45,948 nucleotides of DNA from the IMG/VR virus record IMGVR_UViG_3300018083_000013. One strand, given 5' to 3'. The stretch comes from a virus. The position numbers and the translations under genes are program-made. The notes beneath the pieces were generated by a model that saw only the letters and a program-made list of their open reading frames with translations, was not told where the DNA came from and searched no databases. Positions 43,648-45,948 of the stretch are shown here, in pieces (position 1 is the first letter of the stretch; every line of letters begins with the position of its first letter).

Positions 43648-45356
43648 TGGCCGGGCTCCAACTCCGCAAGCGAAAAGAATACGACGCGCTCAAGACGAAA
43701 CTGTTCACGGACCGCCAGTCGTCGATGGCGCTGTGGAAGGAGATTGCCGACTACATCAAGCCGACGCGGTGCCGGCTGAACCTCACCGATCGCAACCGCA
43801 ACGACCGGCGCAACCAGAAGATCCTCGATGAGACGGCGACGTTCGACCTGGACACGCTCGAGTCTGGCCTGTTCGCAGGGATGAGCTCGCCGGCGCGGCA
43901 GTGGTTCAAGTTGGCCCTGCCGAGCAAGTCGATGAACCTCACGGACGCCATCACCGAGTACCTGTTCGAAGTTGAGAACCGCATGAACGCGGTCTTCTCG
44001 CTGTCGAACCTCTACAACGGGCTCCCGGAGTGCTTCGGCGATGTCTCCACATTCGGCACGGCCGCGATGGCGTGCTTCGAAGACAGCGAAGATCTGCTCC
44101 GGTTCTACACCTATCCGCTCGGCTCGTACGCGATTGGGCTGAACCGGCGCCGCGAGGTCTGCACGTTCGTCCACGAAGACCAGTGGACCGTGCGCCAGGT
44201 GGTCGAGGAGTTCGCGCAACTGCGCGAGGGCGAGATCGTCAACACGGAGAACTTCTCCACGGTCGTGCTCGAGCATTGGAAGCAGAAGCGATACGAAGAG
44301 ACGGTCGATGTCTGTTGGATTGTGATGCCCAACGACAAGGCGAACCCGTTGAAGCTCGACGCGAAGTACCTGCCGTTCACGTCCTGCTTCTTCGAGATTG
44401 GCCGGCAGGATCACGAAGCGGTCCTGCGCGAGTCAGGCTTCCGCACGTTCCCGGTCATGGTCCCGCGGTGGAAGACCGTCTCGAATGATTCCTACGGCAG
44501 CAACTGCCCGGGCATCACGGTGCTGTCGGCCGTCAAGCAACTGCAGAGCATGGAGCGGAAGTCGAACCAGTGGCTCGACAAGATTGTCGACCCCGCCCTG
44601 GTCGGCCCGTCGTCGCTTCGGAACCAGCCGACTTCCCTCGTCGCCGGCCACATCACCTACAGCGATCCGCGCGATGAATCCAGTCGTCTCCGTCCCATCC
44701 ACGAGCTCCGCGGCGAGGGATACCAGCACTTCGAGGCGAAGGCGGAACAGGTCCGTCAGCGCATCCACACGGGCACGTTCTCCGACCTGTTCAAGATGTT
44801 TCAGTCGGCGCCGTACGGCCAGCCGATGACGGCCGAAGAGGTCAAGGAGCGGCACAAGGAAAAGCTGCTCATCCTCGGCCCGGCGCTCGAGCGGATGAAT
44901 GAAGAACTGCTGGAGAAGATCATCGATCGCACGTTCGACATCATGGCGCAGGCCGGGCTGTTGCCTGAACCGCCGGAAGGCATCGAGGGCGTCTCGCTCA
45001 AGGTCGAGTTCACGTCCGTGCTCGCGGAGGCGATGAAACTCACGCGCGTGGTCACCATCGACCGAATGATGTCGAGTGTCCTGCCGCTCGCGGAGTTCTT
45101 CCCGGAAGTGCTCGACATCATCGATCCGCTCGGCGTGGTGGAGGAGTACCGCGACGGTCTCGGCACGAGCCCGAAGATTCTGCGCTCGCGTGAAGAAGCG
45201 ATGGCGCGCGGCCAGCAGCGGGCCGAAGCGCAGCAGGCACAGGCCGCGGCTGATCAGGCAAACAAGGTCAGCGGTGCGGTGCGGAACATTGCCCAGGCGC
45301 CGATGAGCGGCGATTCGGTGTTGTCACATCTCGCGGAGTCGGTCGGCGCCGCATAG
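43647..45356 (+). CDS. Portal protein, T7 gp8-type head-to-tail connector
   Basis: 569 aa. N-terminal LFTDRQSSMALWKEIADYIKPT parallels T7 gp8 LKNDRAPYETRAQNCAQYTIPS. C-terminal ...LLEKIIDRTFDIMAQAGLLPEPPEGIEG parallels gp8 ...LVRVLLKQLQATQQIPELPKEAVE. Confidence 0.8.
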   Translation: MAGLQLRKRKEYDALKTKLFTDRQSSMALWKEIADYIKPTRCRLNLTDRNRNDRRNQKILDETATFDLDTLESGLFAGMSSPARQWFKLALPSKSMNLTDAITEYLFEVENRMNAVFSLSNLYNGLPECFGDVSTFGTAAMACFEDSEDLLRFYTYPLGSYAIGLNRRREVCTFVHEDQWTVRQVVEEFAQLREGEIVNTENFSTVVLEHWKQKRYEETVDVCWIVMPNDKANPLKLDAKYLPFTSCFFEIGRQDHEAVLRESGFRTFPVMVPRWKTVSNDSYGSNCPGITVLSAVKQLQSMERKSNQWLDKIVDPALVGPSSLRNQPTSLVAGHITYSDPRDESSRLRPIHELRGEGYQHFEAKAEQVRQRIHTGTFSDLFKMFQSAPYGQPMTAEEVKERHKEKLLILGPALERMNEELLEKIIDRTFDIMAQAGLLPEPPEGIEGVSLKVEFTSVLAEAMKLTRVVTIDRMMSSVLPLAEFFPEVLDIIDPLGVVEEYRDGLGTSPKILRSREEAMARGQQRAEAQQAQAAADQANKVSGAVRNIAQAPMSGDSVLSHLAESVGAA

Positions 45357-45367
45357 GAGACTCGTAG

Positions 45368-45948
45368 ATGACTGGAACATTCGCGGCCGTTGGCGTCACG
45401 AACGCACTTCGGCTACTTCCGCAGGAGACGCTGGCCCTCACGTTCTCGGTGGCCGCGCTCGAAGTCTTCAACGGCACGGTGGCCCTCGAGGTCTCGCGCA
45501 ACGGTGGCGCGACCTGGGACATCGCCAAGAATCCGGCAGGCACCGCGCTGCTTTACACAGGCGAGCAGGCCGCGGACTTCGCGGTCTCCACGACCGTGCT
45601 GAACGACACGCCTTTCCCCGAGCACTACCGGCTGGCCTGTCGGGTGTTCGATGCGGCGAGTGACGACTTGCTGTACAGCCTCGCGACGGTGGACGGCGAT
45701 GTCATCGCCACGCTGCTCGTGGACCGGCAGGGGCGCCCGGTGCTGCAGCTGCTCGACAACGGCGGCATCCGCGTGGTCGGTGGCCTCACGGTCGCGGGCG
45801 CGCTGTCGCTCGCGGCCTCGGCCGGCGCCATCGCCCCAACCTCGATCGCGCTCGCGTCTGGCGTGGTCGAGAAGGTCGACATCGTCACCATTTCCGCCGC
45901 GAACATCATCGCGACCACTGCGGGAGGTTTCGGTCACGCCGCGGGCTA
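45368..45948 (+). CDS. 5' part of the junction-spanning ORF (continues at 124..463 after collapsing the overlap)
   Basis: ATG 45368 after aggaga. The frame stays open to the end of the window and is identical to the frame of 38..463. Confidence 0.6.
   Translation, partial: MTGTFAAVGVTNALRLLPQETLALTFSVAALEVFNGTVALEVSRNGGATWDIAKNPAGTALLYTGEQAADFAVSTTVLNDTPFPEHYRLACRVFDAASDDLLYSLATVDGDVIATLLVDRQGRPVLQLLDNGGIRVVGGLTVAGALSLAASAGAIAPTSIALASGVVEKVDIVTISAANIIATTAGGFGHAAG
45826..45948. repeat. Terminal overlap, identical to 1..123
   Basis: Direct reading. Confidence 0.95.

Larger units (their letters stand above)
1..45948. mobile_element. Complete temperate tailed-phage genome (podovirus-type T7/BPP-1-like structural synteny plus lambdoid-style lysogeny module), circular or circularly permuted contig
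   Basis: Terminase, portal, capsid, tail-tube, lysis, integrase/attP and repressor/cro genes are all present. There is an exact 123-bp overlap between the two ends of the window, and an ORF is continuous across it. Confidence 0.85.

Noticed and set aside
1-45948. A diversity-generating retroelement, expected because the head genes look BPP-1-like
   Set aside because: No ORF shows reverse-transcriptase motifs (YxDD context), and I saw no template/variable repeat pair near the fibre genes. This was checked by eye only.
1-45948. CRISPR arrays, rRNA genes, and IS elements or transposases
   Set aside because: No regularly spaced direct repeats, rRNA-like stretches or transposase motifs were seen. 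The only recombinase is the tyrosine integrase.

Overview
This window is a complete, visibly GC-rich temperate phage genome of about 45.8 kb, assembled as a circle. Bases 1-123 are identical to 45826-45948, and one ORF reads straight across that junction. Almost all genes are on the + strand; the exceptions are the integrase, a CI-like repressor and one small early gene.

Late genes (40867 -> junction -> 24279):
- Packaging: TerS and TerL, a small membrane protein, a GNAT acetyltransferase and a T7-type portal.
- Head: a Bbp19-like protein, scaffold, major capsid and a Bbp16-like cement protein.
- Tail and core: gp11-like and gp12-like tail tube proteins, then four gp13-16-like internal or ejection proteins, one of them 2394 aa.
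- Fibre position: a collagen-like protein and an unusual cluster of proteins with signal-peptide-like N-termini, the last ending in a PEP-CTERM sorting signal.
- Lysis: a SleB-type endolysin and two holin-like proteins.

Lysogeny module (24279-27370): attP carries the 3' part of a tRNA-Arg(TCT), next to a tyrosine integrase. It is followed by a CI/Cro-type switch with four related 17-bp operators and an excisionase-like HTH protein.

Early operon (27.2-39.1 kb): tightly translationally coupled. It encodes a FEN-type 5'-3' exonuclease fused to a RecT-like annealase, an HNH nuclease, two tandem C5-methyltransferase-like genes (the second frame-disrupted) and an AT-richer patch of Cys-rich orphan proteins.

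No rRNA, complete tRNA, CRISPR array, transposase or reverse transcriptase was seen. All functional calls come from motif recognition by eye and from synteny; no database search was possible.
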